This document shows positions 1-9,683 of a DNA stretch of 64,000 bases, piece after piece (position 1 is the stretch's first letter; the number at the start of each line of letters is the position of its first letter). Source of the DNA: Pseudomonadota bacterium. Its GTDB lineage: Archaea; Thermoplasmatota; SW-10-69-26; JACQPN01; JAJPHT01. A program made the position numbers and the translations under genes. The notes beneath the pieces are model-generated. The model saw only the letters and a list, made by a program, of their open reading frames with translations, searched no databases and had not been told where the DNA came from. The DNA lies in the NCBI GenBank assembly GCA_021325135.1, contig JAJPHT010000046.1:1-64000 (forward strand), written 5' to 3'.

Positions 1-89
1 ACGCTGAGGTTCTTCGTCGCGCAGAAGGCCAGGATGCCGGTCATGTTGGAGAAGCCGGCGAGGGTGGAGGAGGGAACGTCGGGGTGCAT
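1..89 (-). CDS. hypothetical protein, N-terminus only (runs off window)
   Basis: ATG at 89 on minus strand, open to window edge (MHPDVPSSTLAGFSNMTGILAFCATKNLS), GC3-rich codons. Confidence 0.4.
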   Translation of the reverse strand, partial: MHPDVPSSTLAGFSNMTGILAFCATKNLS

Positions 90-329
90 GAGACGGCCCT
101 CCTGGGGCCCCCTAGTTCCTGCTTGTTGAACGCGGGCTCTCAAGTCGGGCAACGCACGTTCTAGGGAGCGGACCCTGGGCCACGCCGGCCAGGCTGGGCG
201 CGCCCGGGCGAGCCTGACCCGAGGTCGGCGGAGGCGGCCCAAGCCGGGCTCACCTTTGCTCACCTGCGCCCACCTCCGCTCAGGTTCGAACAGGTCAAGC
301 CTCTTGGCCGGACCCTCTCCCGGCTGCGC

Positions 330-1724
330 CTACCTCAGCGCAGCCCCGTCGCTGAGCCCTCCGGCGTACACCGTGGCGGAGAGCATCCTCTCGTTGGCGT
401 CGCCGCTCCAGGTGGCGTGGGGCTGCCCGTCGGGGGCGATGGTGACCTCGAAGAAGTCGAGGAGGCTGCGGTCGCGGCCGGTGAGGCTGCACAGCAGGCC
501 GTCGGTGCAGATGGTGCCGATGTGGGTGGGCTGGCTGTTGAGGAGGGCGCCCTTCCAGGTGGGCTTCTCGGCGTCGCCGGTGGCGCTCTCGACGAGGTGG
601 ACGTTCCACAGGTCGGGGGCGACCTCGTTGGGGGCTCCGAGGGTGCCTTCGTACCAGGCGATGGCGATGCGGCCCGGCTTGCCGGCGGCGACCCAGGGGA
701 AGAGGGCGGTGTTGCCTTCGGGGGAGACGACGACGGGCTTGCTCCAGGTGGCGCCCTTGTCCTTGCTCACGAGGAGGTGGACGACGGCGCGGTTGGCGGC
801 CTTGACGGGGACGTTGTCGGGGAGGGTGTCGTCGCTGGCGTAGACGAGGTAGACGGTGCCGGCGCTGTCAACGGCGGCGACGGGGAAGATGCTGGTGGGG
901 AAGCCCAGGAGGAGAGTGCGGCTGATGGGGGCGGCGAGGACCTTGGTCCAGTTGTGGCCGAAGTCGTCGGTGCGGGCGACGACGATGCCCTTGCCGTCGT
1001 CGATGTAGGGGACGTAGATGGAGGACGAGCTGGGGTCGTGGACGATGGGGCCGGCGACGTGGTCGGACTCCCAGTATTGCAGCGAGTCCCAGGTCTTGCC
1101 GCCGTCGACGCTGTGGCGGAAGGCGAGCTTGCCGCCGTCCTTGGTGTCGCGCCAGTCGACGACGACGTGGCCGTTGCCCCAGGCGTCGATCCACTCGCGG
1201 TCGGAGCCGGTCTTGTTGGAGAGGTCCACGGGCTTGGTCCAGGTGACGCCCTTGTCGGTGGAGGCCTGGAAGGGGATGGGGCCGCTGCTGCCGCTCAGGC
1301 CGGCCCAGTAGATGCTGCCGTTGGCGTCGATGGCGATGTCGCCGTCGCCGCCGCCGTCGAGGCCGGGGTCCTTCTTCTCGAAGCCGGGCGGGCAGACGGG
1401 GGGCGTGGGGATGAGGCCCGTGTCGCAGGCGTCGCTGCCCAGGGCCTTCCACGACTTGCCGGAGTCGTCGCTGCGCCAGAGGTAGAGCGGCGTCGTGACG
1501 TAGAGCGTGCCGTCGGGGGCGGCGGCGATGTTGGGCTCGGCGCCGATCTGCGCGACCCCCAGCTTGACGTCGGGGAGGACCTTGAGGTCCTTCAGCTCGG
1601 GGCGCACGTCGGGCGCCGCGCTGGCGGAGGTGGAGGCGGTGCTGGCGGGCGTCTCCTGTTGGACGCAGCCGGGCACGAGGAGCGCGGCGGCGAGCGCCAG
1701 GGCGAAGGCGAGCCTGGGGACCAT
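330..1724 (-). CDS. BNR/Asp-box beta-propeller (sialidase-like) lipoprotein
   Basis: Signal peptide with lipobox LLVPGC; repeated Asp-boxes SDDSGKSW, STDKGVTW, SVDGGKTW, SKDKGATW. Confidence 0.8.
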   Translation of the reverse strand: MVPRLAFALALAAALLVPGCVQQETPASTASTSASAAPDVRPELKDLKVLPDVKLGVAQIGAEPNIAAAPDGTLYVTTPLYLWRSDDSGKSWKALGSDACDTGLIPTPPVCPPGFEKKDPGLDGGGDGDIAIDANGSIYWAGLSGSSGPIPFQASTDKGVTWTKPVDLSNKTGSDREWIDAWGNGHVVVDWRDTKDGGKLAFRHSVDGGKTWDSLQYWESDHVAGPIVHDPSSSSIYVPYIDDGKGIVVARTDDFGHNWTKVLAAPISRTLLLGFPTSIFPVAAVDSAGTVYLVYASDDTLPDNVPVKAANRAVVHLLVSKDKGATWSKPVVVSPEGNTALFPWVAAGKPGRIAIAWYEGTLGAPNEVAPDLWNVHLVESATGDAEKPTWKGALLNSQPTHIGTICTDGLLCSLTGRDRSLLDFFEVTIAPDGQPHATWSGDANERMLSATVYAGGLSDGAALR

Positions 1725-1813
1725 GCGCCCTGGCCAGGCGGAGGTCGTCTTAAGGATTCACGCAGGCCCCGTGCCCAAGCGAGGCTTATGGGCCCCGTTC
1801 GCGATGCGCGGCC

Positions 1814-2980
1814 ATGCCTCGGGGCTTCGCCAGCCGCATGGGTCGCATGAGGGAGTCGGGGACCGTCAAGATCACCGACGCGGTGGGGAGGCTGCGCCGC
1901 GAGGGGCGCGAGATCGTCTCCTTCAGCGTGGGCGAGCCCGACTTCGACACGCCCGAGCCCGCGCGGGAGGCGCTGAAGGCCGCGGTGGACGCGGGGCACA
2001 CGCACTACGTCAGCGCGTGGGGCATTCCCGAGCTTCGCGAGGCCATCGCGCAGAAGTCGCAGAAGGAGAACGGCATCCCCGCCAAGGCGGCGAACGTGCT
2101 GGTGACGCCCGCGAAGCAGGCCATCTTCTACGCCATTCTCGCCACGGTGGAGGAGGGGGACGAGGTGCTGATCCCCGACCCCGCGTGGGTGAGCTACGAG
2201 CCCATCGTGTCGCTGGCGGGCGGCAAGGTCGTGCGCGTGCCGGCCACCCTGGAGACCGACTTCCGCATGACGCCCGAGGCGGTCGCGGAGCGCGTCACCG
2301 GGAAGACGAAGCTCCTCATCGCCAACAGCCCCAGCAACCCCACGGGGGGCGTGGCGACGCCGGAGGACGTGCGCGGCTGGTGCGACCTCGCCAAGGACCA
2401 CGACCTCTGGCTCCTCAGCGACGAATTGTACGAGAAGATCCTCTACGAGGGCTCGCACGTGAGCCCCGCGAGCCTGCCGGGCATGGCGGAGCGCACGCTC
2501 ACGGTGAACGGCTTCAGCAAGGCCTACGCCATGACGGGCTGGCGCATGGGCTGGCTCGTGGGCGACGCGCCCGTGATGAAGGAGATCGTGAAGCTCCAGC
2601 AGCACAGCCTCACGCACCCCGCGTCCTACTCGCAGCACGGCGCGCTGGAGGCCCTGCGCATGGACCAAACGCCGGTGCGGGAGATGGTGGAGGAGTTCCG
2701 CGCCCGCCGCGACCTCATGGTGAAGGGCCTGCGCGAGATCCCCGGCTGGGAGTGCAACGTGCCCAAGGGCGCGTTCTACGTCTTCGCGCGCTACCACCAC
2801 AAGCTCAGCAGCCTGGAGATGGCGGAGCGCCTCCTCTTCGACGGGGGCGTCGCGGTGACGCCCGGCATCGAGTTCGGGCCCCTGGGCGAGGGGCACGTGC
2901 GCATCTCGTACGCCAACTCGCGGGAGAACCTTGAGAAGGGGCTCGCGAGGATGGCCGAGGTGTCGGCCAAACTTCCTTGA
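1814..2980 (+). CDS. PLP-dependent aminotransferase class I/II (aspartate aminotransferase-like)
   Basis: GEPDF, NSPSNPTG, SDELY and FSKAYAMTGWR (PLP lysine) motifs. Confidence 0.92.
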   Translation: MPRGFASRMGRMRESGTVKITDAVGRLRREGREIVSFSVGEPDFDTPEPAREALKAAVDAGHTHYVSAWGIPELREAIAQKSQKENGIPAKAANVLVTPAKQAIFYAILATVEEGDEVLIPDPAWVSYEPIVSLAGGKVVRVPATLETDFRMTPEAVAERVTGKTKLLIANSPSNPTGGVATPEDVRGWCDLAKDHDLWLLSDELYEKILYEGSHVSPASLPGMAERTLTVNGFSKAYAMTGWRMGWLVGDAPVMKEIVKLQQHSLTHPASYSQHGALEALRMDQTPVREMVEEFRARRDLMVKGLREIPGWECNVPKGAFYVFARYHHKLSSLEMAERLLFDGGVAVTPGIEFGPLGEGHVRISYANSRENLEKGLARMAEVSAKLP

Positions 2981-3038
2981 TGATCGCTTCGTCACGCTTC
3001 TCGATGCGACCAGCGAAGAGGGCATCCCTCGGGGGCCG

Positions 3039-4193
3039 CTACTCCAGCTTCTTCCCCGCGGCCAGCTCCTCGAAGGTGGAGTAGATGCGGCGCATGCCTT
3101 CGCGGATGTTGCTCTCGCTGGTGGCGTAGGAGAGGCGGATGTGCCCCGCGCCGAGGTCGCCGAACGCGCTGCCCGGCGTCACGACGACGTTGCGGCGCTT
3201 CAGCAGGTGCAGCGCGAGGTCGCCGCAGTCCACGTCGTGGTCGTAGGAGCAGAAGGCGTAGAACGCGCCCTCGGGCTTCACGATGTCCAGGCCGGGCACC
3301 TCCTTGACGAGCTTGGTGACGAGGTCGCGGCGCTCGCGGAAGGTCTGCACCATGCCGTGCACGAAGTCCTGGGGCCCCTCCAGCGCGGCGAGGCACGCGT
3401 ACTGCGTGGGCGTCGCGGGGCAGGCCACCAGGTGGTAGTTCATGCGCTTGATGGGCTCGGCCAGCGCGGGGTCGGCGACGATGTAGCCGATGCGCCACCC
3501 CGTCATGGCGTAGGCCTTGCTGAAGGTGTTGAGGTAGACGGTGCTCTCGTACTTGCCCAGGAAGCTCGCGTGGGGGCGGTCGTACGTGATGGTGTCGTAC
3601 GCCTCGTCGGTGATGAGGAGGAGGCCGTGCTCGCGGGCGAAGTCCACGATGTAGTCCACGTCCTTCTCGCGCAGGCACGCGCCCGTGGGGTTGCTGGGGG
3701 AGTTGACGATGATGGCCTTCGTCTTCTCGGTCACGAGCTGGCGCAGGTCGTCGACGCGCGGCCGGTAGTGGAACTCCTTGCGCAGCGGGTAGTAGACGGG
3801 CACGCCGCCCACGAGGACCGTGTGCGGGCGGTAGAGCACGAAGCCCGGGTTGGGCATCAGCACCTCGTCGCCCGGGTTGATGAACGACGCGATGGTGGCG
3901 TAGAGGCCGCTGGTGCTGCCCGTGGTGACGATGACGTGCGACGGGTCGATGGTGCGCAGGCGGCTGCGCTCCTTCTCCGCGATGGCGGCGCGAAGCTCGG
4001 GGATGCCGCTGCTGGGGCCGTAGTTGTTCTTCCCTTCGCGCATCGCGCGGGCGAACGCCTCGATGACGAAGTCGGGGGGCTGGAAGTCGGGCTCGCCGAT
4101 GCCGAAGTTGATCGCGTCCTTGCCCGCCATCTCGAACATCTTCCGGATGCCCGAGAGGGGCAGGTCGCGCATGCGTCGAGCCTGCTCCACCAT
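3039..4193 (-). CDS. PLP-dependent aminotransferase class I/II, second paralogue
   Basis: C-terminal part of ORF 3039..6020; start placed at MVEQARRM; GEPDF, NSPSNPTG, TDEAY, FSKAYAMTGWR. Confidence 0.9.
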   Translation of the reverse strand: MVEQARRMRDLPLSGIRKMFEMAGKDAINFGIGEPDFQPPDFVIEAFARAMREGKNNYGPSSGIPELRAAIAEKERSRLRTIDPSHVIVTTGSTSGLYATIASFINPGDEVLMPNPGFVLYRPHTVLVGGVPVYYPLRKEFHYRPRVDDLRQLVTEKTKAIIVNSPSNPTGACLREKDVDYIVDFAREHGLLLITDEAYDTITYDRPHASFLGKYESTVYLNTFSKAYAMTGWRIGYIVADPALAEPIKRMNYHLVACPATPTQYACLAALEGPQDFVHGMVQTFRERRDLVTKLVKEVPGLDIVKPEGAFYAFCSYDHDVDCGDLALHLLKRRNVVVTPGSAFGDLGAGHIRLSYATSESNIREGMRRIYSTFEELAAGKKLE

Positions 4194-4313
4194 GGGGCCC
4201 GCCACCCGTCGGGCCTCACTTCTGCCTTTCGTGCAAGGTCGTGACACGGCGCCGGCAAGGGCCGACAATCTGACGGCGCATGCCTTATCCGAGCCCCGCC
4301 GGTTCGCGCCGCC

Positions 4314-5597
4314 ATGAGCCGCGCCGACCTCCTGGTGAAGGGCCGCGTCCTCGCCGACGGCCGCATCGCGAGGGGGTCCTTCGGCGTGCGGGACGGACGC
4401 GTCGTTCCGGCCACGGAGGACGCGGCGCAGGTCTTGGACTTCGGCGACCTCCTCGTGGTCCCCGGCGCCATCGACCCCCACGTCCACTTCCGCGACCCCG
4501 GCGCTCCCCAGAAGGAGGACTTCGGCAGCGGCACCAGGGCTGCGGCGCTGGGCGGCGTGACGACGGTCATGGACATGCCCAACACGAATCCGCCTGTGTT
4601 CACGCGCGCTGCGCTGGAGGACAAGCTCGCCCGCGCCCGCGCCAAGGCGCACGTCGACTTCGGCCTCTACGCAGGCCTCGACGAGAAGGGCGAGGCGCTC
4701 TCCATCCTCCGCGAAGCCAGCGCGGTCAAGGTCTACCTGGGCGCCACCACCGGGCACCTCCTCGTGCGCGATCCCGACCTCGTGCGCCGCGCGCTGGTGG
4801 CGGCCGCCGCGGCGGGGCGCACGGTGGCGTTCCACGCCGAGAGCCAGGCGTGCCTGGAGCGCCACGCCCACGCGCTGGACGACTCGTACCCCAGCCACGC
4901 CCACGCGCGCCCCGCCGAGTGCGAGGCCGAGGCCATCCGCATGCTGGCGGCCGCCGCGGCGGGCACGGGCGCGCGCGTCCACATCGCGCACCTCTCCACG
5001 GCGAAGGGGCTCGCGGCCATGGGCGGCACGCCCTTCAGCGCCGAGGTCTGCCCTCACCACCTCCTGCTCACGCAGGACGCCCTGCGCGGCGGCGGCGCGT
5101 TCAAGATGAACCCGCCCCTGCGCGAGCAGGATGATATCAACGCCCTGTGGCGCGCGCTCGCGGAGGGCCGCGTCGCGTGCCTCGCCAGCGACCACGCGCC
5201 CCACACCCGGGAGGAGAAGGCGGCCCCGCGGCAGGGCGAATGCCCCGCGGGCGTGCCGGGCGTGCAGACGCTTCTGCCCGTGCTGCTGCCCTTCGCGAAG
5301 ACGGGGCGCATCGGCCTCGCGCGCCTCCTGGACGCCTCCGTCGCGGCGGCGCGCCTTTTCGGCCTCCCCCGCAAGGGCTCCCTGGCGCCGGGCATGGACG
5401 CCGACTTCGCGGTGTACGACCTGGACGAGGAGCGCCCCGTGCGCGGCGCGGAGATGGCGAGCCGCGCGGGGTGGACCCCCTTCGAGGGCATGCCCGCCGT
5501 CTTCCCGCGGCACGTCTTCCTGCGCGGCGCGCCCGTGGTGGAGGAGGGCCGCTTCGTGGGCTCGCCGGGCGCGGGCCGCTTCGTGGCGCCCCCCTAG
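4314..5597 (+). CDS. pyrC: dihydroorotase (amidohydrolase superfamily)
   Basis: DPHVHFRDPG, DMPNT, EVCPHHL, KMNPPLR, SDHAPH motifs. Confidence 0.85.
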   Translation: MSRADLLVKGRVLADGRIARGSFGVRDGRVVPATEDAAQVLDFGDLLVVPGAIDPHVHFRDPGAPQKEDFGSGTRAAALGGVTTVMDMPNTNPPVFTRAALEDKLARARAKAHVDFGLYAGLDEKGEALSILREASAVKVYLGATTGHLLVRDPDLVRRALVAAAAAGRTVAFHAESQACLERHAHALDDSYPSHAHARPAECEAEAIRMLAAAAAGTGARVHIAHLSTAKGLAAMGGTPFSAEVCPHHLLLTQDALRGGGAFKMNPPLREQDDINALWRALAEGRVACLASDHAPHTREEKAAPRQGECPAGVPGVQTLLPVLLPFAKTGRIGLARLLDASVAAARLFGLPRKGSLAPGMDADFAVYDLDEERPVRGAEMASRAGWTPFEGMPAVFPRHVFLRGAPVVEEGRFVGSPGAGRFVAPP

Positions 5598-5980
5598 GGC
5601 CAACCGCTTCGCAGCGGGTCGCCCTCGTCCAGCGTGGGCACGGGCCGCGCGCCGCATCGCCTCGCGTGCTCGCGCCACGCCGGGCCGTGCCCCTCGTCCT
5701 CGTCGAAGAGGAGCGCCGCGGCGTGGGCGATCTCGTGGCGCACGGTCTCCAGGAGGAGATCGCCCCGCACGTGGGCCGAGAGGAGGAAAGGCTCCAGCAC
5801 GCGCCACGGCCCGGCGCCGCGCGTGTTCGTGGCCGCGAAGAGGTCGCGCCGGTCCACCACGTCGACGCCGGGGAAGGGCGGGAGCGCGCCCCCGTAGACC
5901 TCGCGGTTGATGCGCTCGTACTCCTGGCGGAACACCGCGGCCGCGTCCGGCACGGGGCGCCAAGGGCGCTCCTTCGTCAT
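5594..5980 (-). CDS. SprT-like zinc metalloprotease domain protein
   Basis: TVRHEIAH (HExxH) followed by GHGPAW, typical of SprT; start uncertain (5980 or 6013). Confidence 0.7.
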   Translation of the reverse strand: MTKERPWRPVPDAAAVFRQEYERINREVYGGALPPFPGVDVVDRRDLFAATNTRGAGPWRVLEPFLLSAHVRGDLLLETVRHEIAHAAALLFDEDEGHGPAWREHARRCGARPVPTLDEGDPLRSGWP

Positions 5981-6044
5981 GAAGACCGGCCCGATCGATC
6001 TTCGGGCCGTCAAGCTCCATGCTTTCGCGTTGGGACTCGCGGGC

Positions 6045-6254
6045 GTGGAGCGCAGGCGCGTGGACTCCTCGGCGGTCGCGTCGGTGGGCTACGACGCCGC
6101 GCGCCGCGTGCTGGAGGTGGAGTACCGGGGCGGCGGCGCCTACGCCTACGCGGGCGTGCCGCCGCGCACTTACGCCGCGCTCCTGGCCGCCTCCAGCAAG
6201 GGGGCGTTCGTCAACGCGCGCGTCAAGGGGCGATACCCCTTCAGGCGGCGATGA
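6045..6254 (+). CDS. KTSC domain protein
   Basis: VDSSAVASVGYD...LEVEY...YAYAGVP...LLAASSKGAFVN matches the KTSC pattern; GTG start. Confidence 0.85.
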   Translation: MERRRVDSSAVASVGYDAARRVLEVEYRGGGAYAYAGVPPRTYAALLAASSKGAFVNARVKGRYPFRRR

Positions 6255-8556
6255 GGGGCAGCCGCGTCTGGCGCGGGCCCGGCGTCGTCTCCTCGGCGAG
6301 GCGCGCCTCGTCGTAGCCCAAGGGGAGCAGGATGGAGGCGAGGCCGCGCAGCACGAGGGCCTCGTAGGCGGCGCGGTCGTACTCCTCGTCCCCCTTCCAG
6401 AGGCGCTTCTCGCGCACGCGCGCCTCGGGGTCGCGGCTCTCCGCGTCGGTGACGACGACGCGCACCTCGTCGCCGGGCGGCACGCGGATGCCGCGCTTGC
6501 GAAGCTGCCGCAGCGCGGCGTGCGCGTGCCCCATGGCGCGGTACTGCTCCAATTCCTGCCCGACGCGCAGCGCGATCCACAGCTCGTCGCTCGCGCACTG
6601 GCCGGCGCGCACGCGCTCCAGCACGCGCGCCGCCTTCGCGAGGCCGCGCGGGACGGCCTCGCGGACCTCCTGCGCGGTGCGCGCCTCCGCCATGGTCTCC
6701 AGCAGGGCCTTTTGAGCCTCGCAGACGACGCCGGGCGCGCTGCCCTGGCGGAACTCGACGCCTCGCACCTTGAGGCGCCCGCTGGCCAGCACGTCGACGT
6801 CCTGCCCCATCTGGCTGCGGCTGGGCGCGTCGGGCGCCACGTCGAAGACGCCGTAGAAGCGGTTGGGCGCGCCGATCTGCCGCGCGCCCTGCGCCTGGTG
6901 CGCGCGCGTGGGGAGGAAGACGATCCAGTCGAAGCGTCCCACGGGGTCGAAGCGGATGCCCGTCTCGCGCTGCACCGCCGCGGCCAGCGCCTCGGGGGGC
7001 GAGACGACGGAGCGCGCGCGGCGCAGCCACAGGCTGTCCACGATGCCGTGCAGCACGTCCCAGCCGTGCTCCTGCGCGACCTCCGCCGCGGTGAGGAGCA
7101 CCTCGCGCCCCCACGCGCACGTCGCCTCGTGCGCCTCGATGCAGCCGAAGCGCGCGTTGCGGTACCCCTGGTAGCCGAACGAGACGACGTTGAGCCACTT
7201 CAGCGCGTCCACGCGCCCCTGGTACTCCTGGCGGCGGCTGGGGTCCGCCTTGCGCTTGCGCTTGAGGTCCTCGCGCCGCGCCACCAGGCGCTCCAGCACG
7301 CGGGGCACGAGGCCGCGCGTCGCGCACACGTGATAGCCCGTCTGCGGCACGAAGCTCGCGGGGGGCAGCGTCGCGGGGTCGCAGCAGGAGCAGAGGATCG
7401 CCTCGGAGCCCAGGTTGTGCCGCGCGATGAGCGAAGGGTAGAGCGACGCGAAGTCGAGCTCGATCACGTCCTCGTGCAGGCCCACCACGGGGTCGTAGAT
7501 GTAGCCGCCGCGGTCCGCCTTCACGAGGCTGCGCAGCGTCTTGGGCTTCTCGGGGAGGTTCTTCTTCCACGGGATGAGGCGCCCCTCGCGCTTCGCCTGG
7601 CCGATCTGGATGGCCGTGACCGCGGTGCCCGCCTCCAGGCGCGCGATCTCCTGGAGCGGGATGCCCGAGATGCGCGCCATGTCCACGACGCCCGAGAGGT
7701 CCGTCTCGGAGAAGAAGAAGCTCTCGTGGAGGTCCACGTGGATGCGCCCGGGGAGCGGCTGGCTCTGCGCGCGGTACTTGATCTTCCCGTAGGTGAAGAA
7801 GCTCCGCTCGCGCCGCGAGGGGAGGAAGCCCGCGTCGCGCCCCAGGCGCCAGCCCTCAAGGCCCAGCGCCTTCGCGCGCCCCGCCAGGTGGCGCAGCAGC
7901 CAGCGGTCGCCGCCCCGTGTGTAGACGACGTCGGGGTCGAGGCGCGCGACGCGCGCCGCCGCGTCGCGGAGCACGTCCTCCTCGCGGCCCGTGAAGGTGA
8001 TGTCATCCACCGTGACGCTCGCCACGGGGTCGTCGGGCGCGGTGCCGGGGCCCTCGCTGCGCGTCGTGGCGGAGAGGAGCGCCTCGCGGAGGTCGGGGGG
8101 CGGGTAGTCGAGGCTCCAGGCGTCCTCGCCCTCCACGAGGGAGAGGTCGGAGCGCACGCGGGCGAAGGGGAAGACGCCGCGGGCGATGAAGAAGCGCTGG
8201 CTCATGCGCAGGTCCACGTCGTAGAGGTCGAGGTCGCGGTGCTCGCCGCGGGCGTCCACCATCTGCGCGACGGGGAGGAGGCGCCGCGAGTCGAGCATGG
8301 GGACCTTGAGCACGCGGCGCGCGCCCGCCGAGAGGCCCAGCTTGTGCGACTCGAAGGCGGGCTCGCCGACGCCGGGCACGAGGGGGAGGTCGTGGGCGAG
8401 GCGCGACAATTCGCGGCGCGGGCCCGCGACGTAGAACTCGGGAGTGAAGGGCGCGCGCACCGCGCGGGCGGGGCGGCCGCCGCCCCCGATCCACGTCACC
8501 ATCTCGCGCCGCGCGGGGTCGGCGTAGCTGTCGAGGATGACGCCTTCACCGGGCAC
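6241..8556 (-). CDS. polB2: family B DNA polymerase, archaeal PolB2 group
   Basis: Motif A DFASLYPSLI, motif B KWLNVVSFGYQGY, divergent motif C HGIVDSLW; degenerate exonuclease region; PolB2-type gene context. Confidence 0.85.
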   Translation of the reverse strand: MPGEGVILDSYADPARREMVTWIGGGGRPARAVRAPFTPEFYVAGPRRELSRLAHDLPLVPGVGEPAFESHKLGLSAGARRVLKVPMLDSRRLLPVAQMVDARGEHRDLDLYDVDLRMSQRFFIARGVFPFARVRSDLSLVEGEDAWSLDYPPPDLREALLSATTRSEGPGTAPDDPVASVTVDDITFTGREEDVLRDAAARVARLDPDVVYTRGGDRWLLRHLAGRAKALGLEGWRLGRDAGFLPSRRERSFFTYGKIKYRAQSQPLPGRIHVDLHESFFFSETDLSGVVDMARISGIPLQEIARLEAGTAVTAIQIGQAKREGRLIPWKKNLPEKPKTLRSLVKADRGGYIYDPVVGLHEDVIELDFASLYPSLIARHNLGSEAILCSCCDPATLPPASFVPQTGYHVCATRGLVPRVLERLVARREDLKRKRKADPSRRQEYQGRVDALKWLNVVSFGYQGYRNARFGCIEAHEATCAWGREVLLTAAEVAQEHGWDVLHGIVDSLWLRRARSVVSPPEALAAAVQRETGIRFDPVGRFDWIVFLPTRAHQAQGARQIGAPNRFYGVFDVAPDAPSRSQMGQDVDVLASGRLKVRGVEFRQGSAPGVVCEAQKALLETMAEARTAQEVREAVPRGLAKAARVLERVRAGQCASDELWIALRVGQELEQYRAMGHAHAALRQLRKRGIRVPPGDEVRVVVTDAESRDPEARVREKRLWKGDEEYDRAAYEALVLRGLASILLPLGYDEARLAEETTPGPRQTRLPLIAA

Positions 8557-8800
8557 GCGCGGCGGCCTCCCGGCGCAGGGCGGCGATCTCGCGCTCGTGC
8601 TCCAGCAGCACCGCGAGGAGGACCGCCTGCATGGGGTCCAGGGGGGACTGGTTCGCGGTGGCGCTGGCGTGCGAGCGCGCCTTCTGCCAGAGGGCGTCGA
8701 AGAGGCGCTGCTCCTCCTCGGTCAGGCCGCGGCGGAAGTCGCGCCACTCGAACTCCAGCGCGTCCAGGAGGCGGCGCGACGTGGGCAGCGTGCGGCCCAT
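8546..8800 (-). CDS. small helical protein of the PolB2 operon (arCOG07300-like)
   Basis: MGRTLPTSRRLLDALEFEWRDFRRGL...; lies between the RadA-like gene and polB2 and overlaps both. Confidence 0.75.
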   Translation of the reverse strand: MGRTLPTSRRLLDALEFEWRDFRRGLTEEEQRLFDALWQKARSHASATANQSPLDPMQAVLLAVLLEHEREIAALRREAAARAR

Positions 8801-9432
8801 CAGGCCGCCTCCGGAAGCCGCGCCTGCTTCAGGACGGACGCAGGCGTCCGTCCTGAAGCAGGCGCGGCCATCTCGACGCGCTGCGCGCCGCACGCGCGCA
8901 CCTCGGCGAGGAGCGCCTCGGCGCGGGGGCCCGGCGCGGGGGAGAGCGTCGCGACCACGGGGAACGCGCTCTGCGCGGCCCACGCGTCCAGGCGGCGCAG
9001 GCTGCGGCGCAGGAGGACGCGGCTCTCCTGGAGCGCCACGTCCTCGTCGAGGAACATCTCCAGGAGGCCCGTCGCGAGGGCCACGCCCACGGGGCGGCCG
9101 CGCGCCATGGCGGGGAGCGTCTCCTCCAGGAGCGCCACCAGCTGGTGCACGGTGAAGGCGCGGGCGAGCCAGACGCCGTCGGCCATCTCCGATTCCAGCC
9201 CGCGGGCGCGCGCCTGGGCGAGGAGCCCGTAGGCGTCGAGGCGGTTGTCGCCGCAGACGAGCACGCCGTCGCGCCCCGAGGCCACGGCCTCCAGGAGGAG
9301 GCGCGCCACGAGGCCGTCGAGCCACGCGGGGGGCGCCAGAACGAGGCGCAGGCGGCCGGGCTCGGGCGCGCCGGGGAGGTCCAGGCCGGGCACGCCGAAG
9401 GCGGGCGCGGCGGGCGCTGCGATGCCGGACAT
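8800..9432 (-). CDS. inactivated RecA/RadA-like protein (ImuA-like) of the PolB2 operon
   Basis: CGDNRLDAY and LARAFTVHQL resemble the RadA/Rad51 core; no Walker A; TGATG coupling to the next gene. Confidence 0.7.
   Translation of the reverse strand: MSGIAAPAAPAFGVPGLDLPGAPEPGRLRLVLAPPAWLDGLVARLLLEAVASGRDGVLVCGDNRLDAYGLLAQARARGLESEMADGVWLARAFTVHQLVALLEETLPAMARGRPVGVALATGLLEMFLDEDVALQESRVLLRRSLRRLDAWAAQSAFPVVATLSPAPGPRAEALLAEVRACGAQRVEMAAPASGRTPASVLKQARLPEAA
8817..8868. repeat. perfect 25-bp inverted repeat (2-nt loop) inside the 3' end of the RadA-like gene
   Basis: GCCGCGCCTGCTTCAGGACGGACGC-AG-GCGTCCGTCCTGAAGCAGGCGCGGC. Confidence 0.95.
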
Positions 9433-9517
9433 GCGACCCCCAGGCGTGCGGCCTGCCGAAGAGGGGTTGGAGGTGGGTGCGCCGAAAGCGCTGGGCTCTT
9501 CCGTCAAGCTCCCCGAT

Positions 9518-9611
9518 GCAACCCGAACCCACGAACCACCGAACCGAGTAGGGCCGTGGTTCGTCGGTTCGGTGGTTCGGGTTGCGGCGGGGGAAAGGGG
9601 GCGCAGCCCCC
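9518..9611. repeat. palindromic REP/MITE-like element, family 1, copy 1
   Basis: (GAACC)x3 at 8-nt period facing (GGTTC)x3, plus terminal GGGGGCGCAGCCCCC hairpin; inverted near-copy at 47724-47838. Confidence 0.85.
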
Positions 9612-9683
9612 AGCAAGGGAGACGCCCACGGAACGGCCGCGCCCCGCAAACGCTCATGCCCAAGCCGCGGCGTGGGGAAGGGC

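Noticed and set aside
90-329. Possible structured RNA (GGTTCGAA at about 283; GCTCACCT repeats)
   Set aside because: No tRNA, SRP or RNase P fold could be built by eye; evidence insufficient
6241-8556. PolB as a casposon, viral or plasmid replicase
   Set aside because: No cas1, integrase, capsid or terminal repeats; host-like codon usage; context matches the cellular PolB2 operon
9518-9585. GAAC/GTTC repeats between the polB2 operon and uvrC read as LexA SOS boxes
   Set aside because: Spacing does not fit GAAC-N4-GTTC or GTTC-N7-GTTC, and the same element recurs at 47724 beside genes unrelated to repair; treated as a dispersed repeat, although co-option cannot be excluded
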